From Gemmatales bacterium (GTDB lineage Bacteria; Planctomycetota; Planctomycetia; Gemmatales; HRBIN36): a stretch of 64,000 bases of DNA. Below are positions 19,686 to 29,650 of the stretch, one piece after another. The notes below the pieces were generated by a model. That model saw only the letters and a program-made list of their open reading frames with translations. It was not told where the DNA came from and did no database searches. The position numbers were made by a program, and so were the translations under genes. The DNA is taken from positions 64,001-128,000 of the forward strand of contig JBEPZY010000005.1 in NCBI GenBank assembly GCA_041640595.1, written 5' to 3'. Position 1 is the first letter of the stretch. The number at the start of each line of letters is the position of its first letter.

Positions 19686-20612
19686 TTAGTTCGGATTCTG
19701 TGCTTGCGGTTTGCCTTGTTCTGGTGGGCCCTCCTCAATAACGACCCACCCTCCGAAGACTTGACGGATGAGGTTCCGGACAGTGCTGAGCGCAGCCTCA
19801 CCTGGGTCGGGCAGCGTGTCCAACTTTACCCGGTTTTTCATTACATCATCCGGAGACAGATCACCTTTGATCGCGCTGAGCTGCTCTTTTAGTTTGCTCT
19901 CCCATTCTTGCGTATCTCGGCCCTCCACTTTTAGTGTTTTCGTTTGGTCACGGTTGCTCTTGGAGCGCCAATCCAGATGTACCGTCAAGTGTTTGGCTTG
20001 GTTACGGGGTTTTGGGCCTGCTTGGGGGCCGGAATCGGGAGAAGCCTGACCCTGTGCTTTAGGTTTTGCGTGGTCAGTCTTTGAGAGCTCCAGCTCCCAG
20101 CGAATCCGCAGGAAGACGTTTTCTGGCAGTTTTTGGGGGATTGTTGGGAATGTAGGGCCCGGGATGAGAGGGGTTGGCGGTTTTGGGGCCTCATCATTCT
20201 TTGAACGGCCTAGAAGATAATACGTAATGAACCCAGCGACGATCCCAGCGACCAGAGCGAGCGTTACGGCTGCCCAGGCAGGGACTATGATCATCCCCAC
20301 GACCAATACGGCGGTTCCCACTATGACGCCGACCATCGTTGCAATCAACAGGCGTTGAGCCTCGGCAATTGATTCCAGAAGATTGGATTTGCCAAGCCAG
20401 GCTCCGATGTTCCAGTTCGCGCTGACGATGCCCTGGATCGATGGCGATGCACGAGGCGGTTCCAGTTGCTGTAGTCCGGCAAAATCACTTAATCCGGTTA
20501 CGGATGAAGCAGGTGCCAGGCTATTTGCCGGGGTGCTGGAATATGCCACGGCGCCTGCGATAAGTCCAGTCAAAAGTGCCGCAGTGCACAGGGGCCAAGT
20601 AGGCCGTCGCAT
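19686..20612 (-). CDS. Membrane protein (signal helix, TM hairpin, Pro linker, C-terminal soluble domain)
   Basis: Hydrophobic N-terminus, two adjacent TM helices, AAGGAG RBS, operonic position. Confidence 0.75.
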   Translation of the reverse strand: MRRPTWPLCTAALLTGLIAGAVAYSSTPANSLAPASSVTGLSDFAGLQQLEPPRASPSIQGIVSANWNIGAWLGKSNLLESIAEAQRLLIATMVGVIVGTAVLVVGMIIVPAWAAVTLALVAGIVAGFITYYLLGRSKNDEAPKPPTPLIPGPTFPTIPQKLPENVFLRIRWELELSKTDHAKPKAQGQASPDSGPQAGPKPRNQAKHLTVHLDWRSKSNRDQTKTLKVEGRDTQEWESKLKEQLSAIKGDLSPDDVMKNRVKLDTLPDPGEAALSTVRNLIRQVFGGWVVIEEGPPEQGKPQAQNPN

Positions 20613-20648
20613 GATGTGTCTCCTTTGTGCCGCGCCGGTCTGGTTTCA

Positions 20649-21083
20649 CTATTCGAAAGCGAAGCGGACGCGGCGGACGAAGTAAACAGGTCGCTCCCAT
20701 TCTTTCTCTAATTTGCCCCTTCTTTCTTCCGGCCAGGCGCGATCGAAGCCGCGATCACTGAGCAAAATCATGACTCGCACTTCTTGCGGGTTAGTGCTGA
20801 TGTTCTGGGCCAGATGGTCAACCTCACCTTTGCTCTTGAGTTCTTTATTGCTTCGCCTCCAGCTTCCTCGGGCATCTTTTTCGAGAAGAAAGATACGGCC
20901 CTCCAGGTCGCCATAGGTGCCGCCGTAAAGGAGCAGAAACTGTGTGGGAGTCCCTTCCAAACTTACTGGGCGACGGCCAACGCGATACTGAGCCGTCACC
21001 AGTATGACCATCAACACTGCCAGCAGGCAGAGCGTAACATCCAGCAGCGACAAAAAGCGCACAATGACGCCAGTTGCTCGCAT
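20649..21083 (-). CDS. ExbD/TolR-like protein
   Basis: N-terminal TM with conserved-type Asp (SLLDVTLCLLAVLMVIL); directly follows the ExbB-like gene. Confidence 0.75.
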   Translation of the reverse strand: MRATGVIVRFLSLLDVTLCLLAVLMVILVTAQYRVGRRPVSLEGTPTQFLLLYGGTYGDLEGRIFLLEKDARGSWRRSNKELKSKGEVDHLAQNISTNPQEVRVMILLSDRGFDRAWPEERRGKLEKEWERPVYFVRRVRFAFE

Positions 21084-21093
21084 ATTCGCGTGC

Positions 21094-21501
21094 CTATCTC
21101 TTAGTTTGGAACCACTGCAGCAGGTAAAGCGCTGCGTTCAGGAAGATATTGACGACCGCCCAGATCAGTCCGGAAATAGTGGTGGTCAAAGCCGGGGCCA
21201 GATTCATGACCATCTGGCCCACATCGGGGACATCTGCCCCTTCCAGGCCATAAGAGGTCAGTCCGTAAAAAGTATTGAGCAGCGCAATGACAGTGCCCAA
21301 AAGACCCAGCAGCGGCAATACTTCGGTGAAACTGAGCAGCGTGGCACGGAAAGTGTCGAAGTTCTCAATAGGGTGGAGCCTCCACCAGTATCGGTACAGG
21401 TACCAGACTAAACTTCCAAAATGGAGCAGGAAAAGGATACCTCCAAAAACCCAGATAACCGTATCGAGTGGCCCAAATGCTTGCCAGTAGTATTCGAGCA
21501 T
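21094..21501 (-). CDS. Minimal MotA/TolQ/ExbB proton-channel protein
   Basis: PLLGLLGTV and ALTTTISGL signature helices; three TMs; GGAGGT RBS favours start 21501 (135 aa). Confidence 0.85.
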   Translation of the reverse strand: MLEYYWQAFGPLDTVIWVFGGILFLLHFGSLVWYLYRYWWRLHPIENFDTFRATLLSFTEVLPLLGLLGTVIALLNTFYGLTSYGLEGADVPDVGQMVMNLAPALTTTISGLIWAVVNIFLNAALYLLQWFQTKR

Positions 21502-21819
21502 AGACATACCTCCACACCTACCGGCCAACGCTTTGGTCTTATGATAGTGCGCCCAGACCAGAGTGGGCAAGAAAAAAATTGGAAAGTGCTGCGACTTTTT
21601 CCTCTCAGCTGGGCAGGATGAGCTGCACAGGACCCCGGGCTTGAAAACCAGACCGCGACACGCTGGAACTAAACGTTCACCGCTTGCCCATGCGCTTCCG
21701 TTACGAGGCACCGGTCGGACGTCAGCGGAAAGGAACGACTGACCGCCGGCGGGTGCATACTGCCCACCGGCCAGTGGGAACCGCCCACCTCGTCGCTGAA
21801 AATCGCCTACTCGCCCCGA

Positions 21820-21882
21820 TACCAGCTACTGGCCGCTGATTACCGGCCGCTGGTCACTGGCCACTGGTCACTGGCCACTGAT
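21820..21882. repeat. Heptamer tandem repeat (CCACTGG/TCACTGG)
   Basis: Direct reading of 7-bp periodic units. Confidence 0.8.
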
Positions 21883-21891
21883 TTGGTTCGG

Positions 21892-22752
21892 TTAGGTGAT
21901 GCGGGTTTCGTGGGAGATGGTTTCGGGGCGGAAGTGGGCGGGGAGGTGCTGGTGCAGGAGATGGAGAATCTGGTCGTGGACTTTGCCGTTGCTGGCGAGA
22001 ACGTCGGGGCGGTGGATGGTGCGCTGGCCCGACCAGTCGGTGAATTTTCCTCCCGCTTCTTCGATGATCGGAACCAGGGCAGCCACATCCCAGGCATGGA
22101 CGCCGTAATCGAGCATCGCCTCGCCGGCCCCTTGCGCCACCAGCACAAAGCCGTAGCAATCGCCGAAACCCCGTTGCCTCTGCGTTCGCAGACACAACTC
22201 AATGAACGCCTGGCGGCAATCGCTGCCTAAGAACCAGCTGGCTCCGGAATAAAAAATTTGCCCCTGTTCGAGAGTGGAAATGGCGGAGACATGAAGGCGG
22301 TGGTCGTCGCGAAATGCTCCGTCGCCACGCAGAGCACGGTAAATGAAGCCGAGAGCCGGAAACGCCACCACCCCGGCAACCATTTCGCCGCGATATTCCA
22401 GGCCGACCAGCGTGCCCCACAACGGGATGCCCCGCAGAAAATTCCGCGTGCCGTCTATAGGATCAATAATCCACCGATAGCCACTGTCGCCGCTGTGTTC
22501 ACCGAACTCCTCGCCCCAGAAACCATCGCGAGGGAAGCGGCTCAGGAGCGATTCTCGGAGAGCACGTTCGGCTTCGCGGTCGGCAATCGTGACCGGACTC
22601 AGATTGGCTTTCCACTCTACCTGCACGGCAGTCGCCGAGGCCGGATCAGGGGCGGGAAATTCGAGTTGCCGGAAGTAACGAAGTGCCAGCTGTCCGGCCA
22701 GCCTGGCCGCTTCGATCGCCGTCTCGTAGCGATTTCGCCAGTCGGCATTCAT
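21892..22752 (-). CDS. hisN: Inositol-monophosphatase-family histidinol-phosphatase
   Basis: SPVTIADREAE, GEEFG, WIIDPIDGTRNF, GDCYG, WDVAA motifs. Confidence 0.8.
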   Translation of the reverse strand: MNADWRNRYETAIEAARLAGQLALRYFRQLEFPAPDPASATAVQVEWKANLSPVTIADREAERALRESLLSRFPRDGFWGEEFGEHSGDSGYRWIIDPIDGTRNFLRGIPLWGTLVGLEYRGEMVAGVVAFPALGFIYRALRGDGAFRDDHRLHVSAISTLEQGQIFYSGASWFLGSDCRQAFIELCLRTQRQRGFGDCYGFVLVAQGAGEAMLDYGVHAWDVAALVPIIEEAGGKFTDWSGQRTIHRPDVLASNGKVHDQILHLLHQHLPAHFRPETISHETRIT

Positions 22753-22819
22753 GAGGTAAGCCCCTAGTAGCGGCGGCTGAGCAAGCCGCGACGGTCCCTC
22801 ACAAATGACCTGTGAGCAG

Positions 22820-23280
22820 GGACCAGTGGTCAGTGATCGGTGACCAGTGGCCAGTGGCTGGTGGCTGCTCATCGGCGACAAGTCATTAGTGCGCATTGTC
22901 CGCTGACCGGTGCTCAGTGACCCGTGATCGATGACAGATGGTCACTGACAGCCCGCCACTCATCACCAAGCACCAGTCGCCAGCCCCTGGCCACTAATTA
23001 CTGACCACTGGTCACCGGCGGCTAATCACTGGCCACTGTTCACGGGTCACTAAATTACTGGCCACTGGTCACTTACCACCGGCCACTGGGCACGGGCCAC
23101 TAATTGCTGGCCACTGGTCACTTACCACTGGCCACTTGCTCTTGATGTCGGATCACTTGTTTCCAGTCACCGATCGCTGGCCACTGGTCACCTACCACTG
23201 ACCACTGATTACTGGCCGCTGCTCACTGGCCACTGGCCACTGATCGCCGGCCACTGGTCACTGACCACCGGCCACTGATT
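22820..23280. repeat. Heptamer tandem repeat tract with two opposed orientations
   Basis: CCAGTGG/TCAGTGA units (22820-22940) followed by CCACTGG/TCACTGA units (22990-23280). Confidence 0.85.
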
Positions 23281-23317
23281 TAGTGTAAGATGGTAGCAAG
23301 CAATTGTCCCACGCGAG

Positions 23318-23998
23318 ATGCGCATGAAAGAGAAGATTCTTATCGGCTGGAGTGGAGGCAAGGATAGCAGTTTGGCCGTCTGGCAGCTTCAGCAGGAGGC
23401 CAGATGGGAGCTGGTTGCTCTGGTGAGCACCATCACGGAGGGATACGAACGGTTGAGCATGCACGGCGTGCGTGTCGAGTTGATTCGGCAGCAGGCGGAG
23501 AGCCTGGGGCTGACGCTGGTCGAATCACGCATCCCGCTAAATGCCAGCAATGTTAGCTATGAAGCGGCCCTGACACGGACGTTAGAACCGTTCATCGAAC
23601 AAGGCGTGCGCAAGATGGCGTTTGGCGACCTGTTCCTGGCCGACATTCGCCGCTACCGTGAGGAATTGCTGGCGCGGTTGGGGATGGAGGCGGTGTTTCC
23701 GCTCTGGCGACGCGACACGGCAGCGTTGAGCCGTCAGTTTCTGCGGGCCGGTTTTCGTGCGGTTGTGGTGTGTGTGGACCCGCGGCAAATAGCAGCGGAG
23801 TTTTGCGGTCGCGAATATGACGAACGCTTCCTGGAGGAGTTACCGGCCAGTGCCGATCCGTGTGGCGAACGCGGCGAATTTCACACCTTCGTCTATGCTG
23901 GCCCGATCTTTCGCCGGCCGATTCCCGTTCGCCGTGGCGCTATAGTCCAGCGGGATGGGTTTTGCTTCTGCGATTTGCTGCCCGCACGGCGTGACTAG
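23318..23998 (+). CDS. MJ0570/diphthamide-synthase-like PP-loop ATPase
   Basis: WSGGKDS PP-loop, FGDLFL, FPLW, DPCGERGEFHT. Confidence 0.9.
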   Translation: MRMKEKILIGWSGGKDSSLAVWQLQQEARWELVALVSTITEGYERLSMHGVRVELIRQQAESLGLTLVESRIPLNASNVSYEAALTRTLEPFIEQGVRKMAFGDLFLADIRRYREELLARLGMEAVFPLWRRDTAALSRQFLRAGFRAVVVCVDPRQIAAEFCGREYDERFLEELPASADPCGERGEFHTFVYAGPIFRRPIPVRRGAIVQRDGFCFCDLLPARRD

Positions 23999-24530
23999 TG
24001 GTCAGTGGCCGGTGGTCAGAAAACAGGGATTAGGAATCCGCGACTAAGCGTTAGCAATTAGCAATTGGGGTTTACCGATGACGCATTAGCAAATACGGAT
24101 TCGGAATCAAGTAATCGGATAAGAGGAATTAGCGATAGGCGCTCGGCACTTGGATATCCATAAGCCTGGGTTGACTGTTTAATGGCGACTAATCACCCGC
24201 GACGAGTCGCTATTAACCACTAAACACCACCCATTAATATCCGGCAACTAATCACTGACCACTGAACACTGACCACTAATTACCGGGCACGAGTTACTAA
24301 CCACTAAACACTGGCGACTGACTCCGGCTACCAATCACTAAGCACTGATCACTAAGCATTAGCTTCTGGCGACTAATCAAAGGCCTAGAATTGCTAAGCA
24401 CTAATCATCGCTCACTGAGCACTGGCAACCAGTCGCCGGCTTCTAATCACTAACCACTTGTCACTAACCACTAATCACTGGCCACTAATTACTGGCCACT
24501 AAGCGCCGGCCGCCGAGCACTGACCAATAC
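23996..24530. repeat. AT-richer degenerate heptamer tract (CCACTAA/TCACTAA/TTAGCAA)
   Basis: 7-bp periodicity, no ORF, between convergent genes. Confidence 0.75.
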
Positions 24531-24544
24531 GGCCGCCGCAGGAG

Positions 24545-24883
24545 TTAGTTGCTATCCGAACCAGTGGGCTGCACCAGTTCCCGAATGCGCACGGCAAAGC
24601 GATCCTGCACCACGACGACTTCGCCGCGGGCTACCAGCACACCGTTGATCCGTAAATCCACCGGCTGGCTAATGTCGCGGTCGAGTTCGAGCACCGAGCC
24701 TGGGCCGAGCCGTAAGACCTCGCGTAACGGCAACTGGGCTCGCCCCAGTTCAGCCGTGATGGTAACGGTGACTTTGTGCAGGTGATCCAGCGGTGCCGGC
24801 GATTCTGATGTGGTTTTGGGAGTCAGTTCCGTAAATTCAGCGGTATGGGCGATGATTTCGCTCATTTCGGCGGAAGTGGACAT
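24545..24883 (-). CDS. fliN: Flagellar motor switch protein FliN
   Basis: SpoA domain VTITAELGR...GSVLELD...ARGEVVVVQDRFAVRI. Confidence 0.92.
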   Translation of the reverse strand: MSTSAEMSEIIAHTAEFTELTPKTTSESPAPLDHLHKVTVTITAELGRAQLPLREVLRLGPGSVLELDRDISQPVDLRINGVLVARGEVVVVQDRFAVRIRELVQPTGSDSN

Positions 24884-24949
24884 GGTCTTGCTCCAGACTG
24901 GCGGCAGGTATTGGCCAGAAAGCAGCCGTAAGCTCTGCCGACTACTCGG

Positions 24950-25810
24950 TCACTGGCCAGTGGGCACCGGGTCAAGGGTAGCCGCGATTTGCACGGCCTG
25001 TTTGCTGCCCACCCGACCTGGCCAGGCGGTGTAGCGGGCACTTCCCTCCACGAGGACCAGTAATGGTTCCTCGAGCCGCTGTTCCAGGAGCAGCACATCG
25101 CCTGCTCGCAGTCGTTGCAGATGCGCCAGCGGCAAGCGAACCTGACCGAGCTGCACCTGCACTTTCAAAGGCACTTGCTGAAGGGCCTCTTCGATACGTC
25201 CCGGCGATTTCGGAGCCGTTGTTTCCAGTGCAAAAAATTGCTGCATCACCGCTTCGCTCAGCAACCACCAGACCAACCCGTCTGCGAAAGGTGGTTCGCC
25301 TCGCAGTTCGGCAACAGCCAGGGCGAATTGCTGGCGAAAAATTGGGGTAAATTGCGGAGCCGCCTCTCGAGCCTGGCGTTGCCATTGCGGTACTGGTTCC
25401 CGGCCCCAGCTTTCCCGCGCCAGGGCAAGAAAAACCTGGTCGAGGAACTGCTCCCACAGACTCGTTTCAATCACGGTCAACGGTCGGTCAGCGGGCAGAC
25501 TTTCACATCGTTCGCCCAGTTGCGCCAGTGTCCAGGCCAGCACCAGCGGACGGGAAACCACCAGCAGCGATGACGCCGAGTTCGACCAGGCGATGATGTA
25601 GGCCAGGACGTTTTCGGGCAGCTGGCTCAGGGCAGATTCGGTATAAGCGCGGCGAAGCGACTCCAGCCGTAAACTGAGCGGCAGGTGCAATTCACGCCGG
25701 CAATAGTCGTTGCATTGGGTCAGAAACACCGTCAGCCAAGCCCGCAATTGTCGAGAAACTTCGGGCGGATATGGTTGCGGCTGGCGAAAATCGTAAGGCG
25801 TGGCATTCAT
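24950..25810 (-). CDS. fliM: Flagellar motor switch protein FliM
   Basis: PYDFRQP N-terminal motif, RPLTVIE, C-terminal SpoA domain; between fliL and fliN. Confidence 0.85.
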   Translation of the reverse strand: MNATPYDFRQPQPYPPEVSRQLRAWLTVFLTQCNDYCRRELHLPLSLRLESLRRAYTESALSQLPENVLAYIIAWSNSASSLLVVSRPLVLAWTLAQLGERCESLPADRPLTVIETSLWEQFLDQVFLALARESWGREPVPQWQRQAREAAPQFTPIFRQQFALAVAELRGEPPFADGLVWWLLSEAVMQQFFALETTAPKSPGRIEEALQQVPLKVQVQLGQVRLPLAHLQRLRAGDVLLLEQRLEEPLLVLVEGSARYTAWPGRVGSKQAVQIAATLDPVPTGQ

Positions 25811-26316
25811 TGCACGGTAAACTCTTCAAAATGCACCTGGCGGATCACCTCCCGGCCATCTGGATAAAGCATCTCGTTGAAATGATCGCGAATTTCCCGG
25901 CGGATGCGATTGATCCCGACGGTGCCTCGCACCTCCTCGAGTGTACGGTCAGCCAGGTAACTGATCAGCCAGCTTTTGAGCGGTGCCTTGCGCTTGTTGA
26001 GCAATTCGTTGAGCTTCTTTTCTTCGCTCTCTTCGACTTCCAGCACAATTTTGAGCCGCAGATAGCGGGTGAGCCGTTCTTCGTGCAAATTGACCACGAC
26101 ATCCCCGAAAGTGACGAACGCCGTCTTTTCTTCTTTTTTACTGCTGTGGCTCCTGGGGGAAGTATCCGCGTGACCTGCCGAGCCAGCGCCGGAAATGAAC
26201 CAGGGAACAGCAAAGCCGGCGGCAATGGACACCAGGGCAATTCCGCCCAGCGCTATCCAGCCGAGCAGCCCACTCTTTTTCGGTGTCTCGGTGGTTTGCT
26301 GTGCCGTTTCTGCCAT
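25807..26316 (-). CDS. fliL: Flagellar basal body-associated protein FliL
   Basis: Single TM, VVNL...RYLRLKI, C-terminal VHFEEFTVQ. Confidence 0.9.
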   Translation of the reverse strand: MAETAQQTTETPKKSGLLGWIALGGIALVSIAAGFAVPWFISGAGSAGHADTSPRSHSSKKEEKTAFVTFGDVVVNLHEERLTRYLRLKIVLEVEESEEKKLNELLNKRKAPLKSWLISYLADRTLEEVRGTVGINRIRREIRDHFNEMLYPDGREVIRQVHFEEFTVQ

Positions 26317-26455
26317 GCGATTCGCATCCCGAAGAAGAAAAGCCCAGGTGGTAGGCGGCTAAAGTGGCCTTCGGCACAGTGCCGGCACCGGCTTGATTCA
26401 GATTGAGCCGGCACACCGCGGACAGCTTGCTAAGAGCCGGTCTATCCAGCAAAGT

Positions 26456-27241
26456 CTAGCTTTTTGTGGCTGGCCGTGGGGGTGTCCGCTTCAGGTTTTT
26501 GACGCGCTCAATAATCTGGGTGGCCAGGTCGGGAGGCATTTGTTCGAGGATTTTGGCGGCCTTGCTTTCGCGGACCAGGCTGAAGAGCTTGACGGCGGTG
26601 TCGAGATTGCCCGTGTTGGCCATGTGCTCGAACAGTTTGGCGGCGCTTTCCGGAGCCATATTGCTGACCCGCTCGGCCAGGGTTTCCAGATTTTTGCGTT
26701 CGTTGTCTTCAAAAAGCCGCAGTGAACCTTCGAAGTCTTTGACCCGTTCGGCCACTTCTTCTTTCTGGCGAAGTAACTCCTGGCGCTTTTCGTCCAGTTT
26801 GCCGAGCTGTTCTTCGAGCAGGCGCATTTCGTCGGCGATTTGCTTGCGGAGCGCGTCGAGAGCAGCCCGCTCGGCGCGGATGTCGTTGTAGAGCAGTTCG
26901 AGGTTTTTCTGGCGGGCGTTGAGGACTTCTTCCTGCCGGCGCAGTTCTTCGCGGCGTTTTTCCAGGGTGGCCAGAAGCTGGACCGCCGCTTCGACCTGCT
27001 GGGATTGTGGTAAACGGACGGCCACGCGGTCGCCGCTGGCGCTGCTTTCTCCGCCGGATTCACTGGTAACTTCGCCACTCTGGGAAACGGCACCACTCTG
27101 CCCCGAACCGGATGCGTTCTCCGCAGATGCCTGCGAACGTTGATTCTTCTGCCACCACCATGACACACCGGCAGAGACTCCAAACAAGACCGCACCAACC
27201 AGCACGTACATGAGGATACGTTTCATGGTCAAAGCTCCCAT
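26456..27241 (-). CDS. MotE/FlbB-like flagellar protein (TM, coiled coil, MgtE-N-like repeats)
   Basis: MAPESAAKLF and KAAKILEQMPP repeats after a long coiled coil. Confidence 0.75.
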   Translation of the reverse strand: MGALTMKRILMYVLVGAVLFGVSAGVSWWWQKNQRSQASAENASGSGQSGAVSQSGEVTSESGGESSASGDRVAVRLPQSQQVEAAVQLLATLEKRREELRRQEEVLNARQKNLELLYNDIRAERAALDALRKQIADEMRLLEEQLGKLDEKRQELLRQKEEVAERVKDFEGSLRLFEDNERKNLETLAERVSNMAPESAAKLFEHMANTGNLDTAVKLFSLVRESKAAKILEQMPPDLATQIIERVKNLKRTPPRPATKS

Positions 27242-27292
27242 GCGAGACTCATTAATGCCCGGATATTAGCGGTCGGGAATGTATGGCCGTGG

Positions 27293-27883
27293 TCATCGGG
27301 CGGATTCTTCGCTGGTCGGAATTTGACCGCCGGCGGCCAGTGGTGAATCCACCGGCCGACGCGAGGCATTCACCGTCTCAGGCAATTCCAGTGAGCCGAC
27401 GGTCAGGTGCACGCTCCTGGCTTCTGCCTGGCGCGACCACGCGCGCAGCACCAGTTCATCCATCTCGTGTTGCTCGAAAATACGCTGCTCGCGGCGAAAT
27501 GCTTGCCAGGCTTGCTCACGAAGCCAGTTCAATGCCTCGACCTTTCGCGTGATCTCCAGCCGCCGCTGATCGCTCTGCTGCCAGGCCTGGCGGTGAAGCT
27601 CCTCCTGCTGGCGTGCCAGTTTGAGGATTTGATCCAGGACGACCAGGTGCTCGGCCAGCAGGAACCAGTACTGTTCCGCAGCGATGGCGTCGGCAGATGG
27701 TGCGGAGGTCAGGCGCGAACTGGCCGAATGGCTGATTTCCTGGGCGTGCGCTTGCAGAGCCTGCAATTGCTCGCGCATCGCTGACCAACGCCGGTAGGCT
27801 TGTGCCTGTTCCTGTTCGGCCAGACGCTGACGCAGCCGCTGAAGACGCAGCAAGGTTTCCAGACGAAAGCGAAAGCGTTTCAT
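27293..27883 (-). CDS. fliJ: Flagellar export protein FliJ
   Basis: MKRFRFRLETLLRL start, EQHEMDE motif, follows fliI. Confidence 0.85.
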   Translation of the reverse strand: MKRFRFRLETLLRLQRLRQRLAEQEQAQAYRRWSAMREQLQALQAHAQEISHSASSRLTSAPSADAIAAEQYWFLLAEHLVVLDQILKLARQQEELHRQAWQQSDQRRLEITRKVEALNWLREQAWQAFRREQRIFEQHEMDELVLRAWSRQAEARSVHLTVGSLELPETVNASRRPVDSPLAAGGQIPTSEESAR

Positions 27884-27959
27884 CCCGGCTCCGGTTGTGT
27901 CCGAGCAGTTTTCCAGATGCGGAGGGTTTCTGGTCGCTCAGCGGAGAGCGGCCGTTATT

Positions 27960-28110
27960 ATCAGTGGCCAGTGACCAGTGGTCGGTGATCGGTGGCCAGT
28001 GGTCGGTGTCGGGTGGCCAGTGGTTGGTGACCAGTGACCAGTGGTCGGTGGCCGGTGATCAGCATCCCGTGATCGGTGGTGAGTAATCAGGGGCCGGTCG
28101 TCGGTCAGCG
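27960..28110. repeat. Heptamer tandem repeat (CCAGTGG/TCGGTGA) between fliI and fliJ
   Basis: Direct reading. Confidence 0.8.
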
Positions 28111-28291
28111 GCACGGCAAATCGGTTGGGCGGCAGGTCAAGCTGAGCACCGGATGGCGACCGTTGCTGGAGCTCCAGGAAGCGCTGGCGAAGCGACCGGT
28201 GCACATTGGCTCAAGCGAGACATCAAGCGCTGCCCCACCGGCTCGGGGAAGCGGTGCACCTCCCTTGGCGAAGCGACCGGCGCAGAGGCGT

Positions 28292-29650
28292 TCAAGCGGT
28301 GACCGTTGCGGTTTGGCCAGGATTTGCACTCCAGGCAGCCGCGAGCCTTTGTAAAGCGGTTCGAGTTTCGGTGAAACTGGAGCGTTCGCCGAGGTTTTGC
28401 CGCAAAAATTGCCACAAAGCCGGTTGCAATTCCAGAGCCCGATCCACCTGGGGATTGCTCCCCCGCACGTAAGCACCGATGCGCACCAGGTCTTCCACCT
28501 CAGCGAGCGTGGCGATCATCGCCCGCACTTGCTGAGCGGCTTGCGCGTGACTGGGTTCCATGACTTCACGAGCAACACGGCTAATGCTGCGGCTGATGTC
28601 AATGGCGGGATAATGCCCTTTTTCGGCCAGCCGGCGATCGAGCACAATGTGCCCGTCGAGAATCGCCCGGCAGGCATCGGCAATCGGTTCCTCCATTTCG
28701 TCGCCTTCGACGAGGACGGTCAACAGAGCGGTGATACTTCCCCGCTCGGCTGGGCCCAATCGTTCCAGCGTCGCTGCCAGTAGCTGAAACACCGATGGTG
28801 TGTAACCGCGACTGCTGGGTGGTTCGCCGAGGGCCAGTCCCAGTTCGCGCTGCGCCATGGCCAGGCGAGTCAGACTGTCCAGCAGAAGCAGCACCTGCTG
28901 ACCCTGCTGGCGAAACTCCTCGGCCACACTGACAGCTGCGAGAGCGGCATGGACTCGCATCAGCGGAGTCTGATCACTGGTAGCCACGAAAACCACACTG
29001 CGTTGCAATCCGGCAGCCAGATTGTCTTCGAGGAAGGCCCGCACCTCGCGGCCACGCTCACCGATGAGCGCCACGACCACCACATCGGCTTCTGCACCAC
29101 GGGCAATTTCGCCCAGCAGCGTGCTTTTGCCCACACCGCTACCAGCAAAAATGCCCACGCGCTGCCCCTGACCGAGCGTGAGCAGTCCATCAATAGCCCG
29201 CTGGCCCGTAACAAACGGACGGCGAATGCGAGAGCGCGCCAGTGGTGATGGAGCGGTACCGTTTCCTACGGGGATTAACTTGCCAGCGGGGGGTGGTTGG
29301 CCATCGAGCGGACGGCCCAGTCCGTCCAGCACCCGCCCTAATAAAGCTGGCCCAAAAGCAATCCGCAAACTGCCGCCGCCATGCCTCACCTCTGTTCCGG
29401 GAGCCAGGGCGGTCACGGCTTCAAAAGGTGCCAGGATGGCCGTCGTCTCCCGAAAACCAATCACCTGGGCCGGAACCAGGCGATGTTCGTCGGCGACAAT
29501 CACGCAGTAATCGCCGACCGCTGCCGGTAGCCGACAGGTAAGCACGCTCCCCTGGACGCTTTGTAAGCGTCCCACCAGGGTCGGCGTCCAGGCTTGCCGT
29601 AACGCCTGCCGCCATTCAGCCAGTCGTGCCGGGTTCCACCGCATCGGCAT
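28292..29650 (-). CDS. fliI: Flagellar export ATPase FliI
   Basis: GQRVGIFAGSGVGKSTLL Walker A, LIGERGREV, DSLTR, ILDGHIVL. Confidence 0.95.
   Translation of the reverse strand: MPMRWNPARLAEWRQALRQAWTPTLVGRLQSVQGSVLTCRLPAAVGDYCVIVADEHRLVPAQVIGFRETTAILAPFEAVTALAPGTEVRHGGGSLRIAFGPALLGRVLDGLGRPLDGQPPPAGKLIPVGNGTAPSPLARSRIRRPFVTGQRAIDGLLTLGQGQRVGIFAGSGVGKSTLLGEIARGAEADVVVVALIGERGREVRAFLEDNLAAGLQRSVVFVATSDQTPLMRVHAALAAVSVAEEFRQQGQQVLLLLDSLTRLAMAQRELGLALGEPPSSRGYTPSVFQLLAATLERLGPAERGSITALLTVLVEGDEMEEPIADACRAILDGHIVLDRRLAEKGHYPAIDISRSISRVAREVMEPSHAQAAQQVRAMIATLAEVEDLVRIGAYVRGSNPQVDRALELQPALWQFLRQNLGERSSFTETRTALQRLAAAWSANPGQTATVTA

Noticed and set aside
20649..21501. Zorya ZorAB or flagellar MotAB
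   Set aside because: The A subunit lacks the long ZorA tail and MotA cytoplasmic domain; the B subunit has no OmpA-like peptidoglycan-binding motif; no ZorC/D/E; not within the flagellar cluster
12316..21800. Integrative island anchored at tRNA-Val
   Set aside because: No integrase, and I found no duplicated tRNA 3' end in the window
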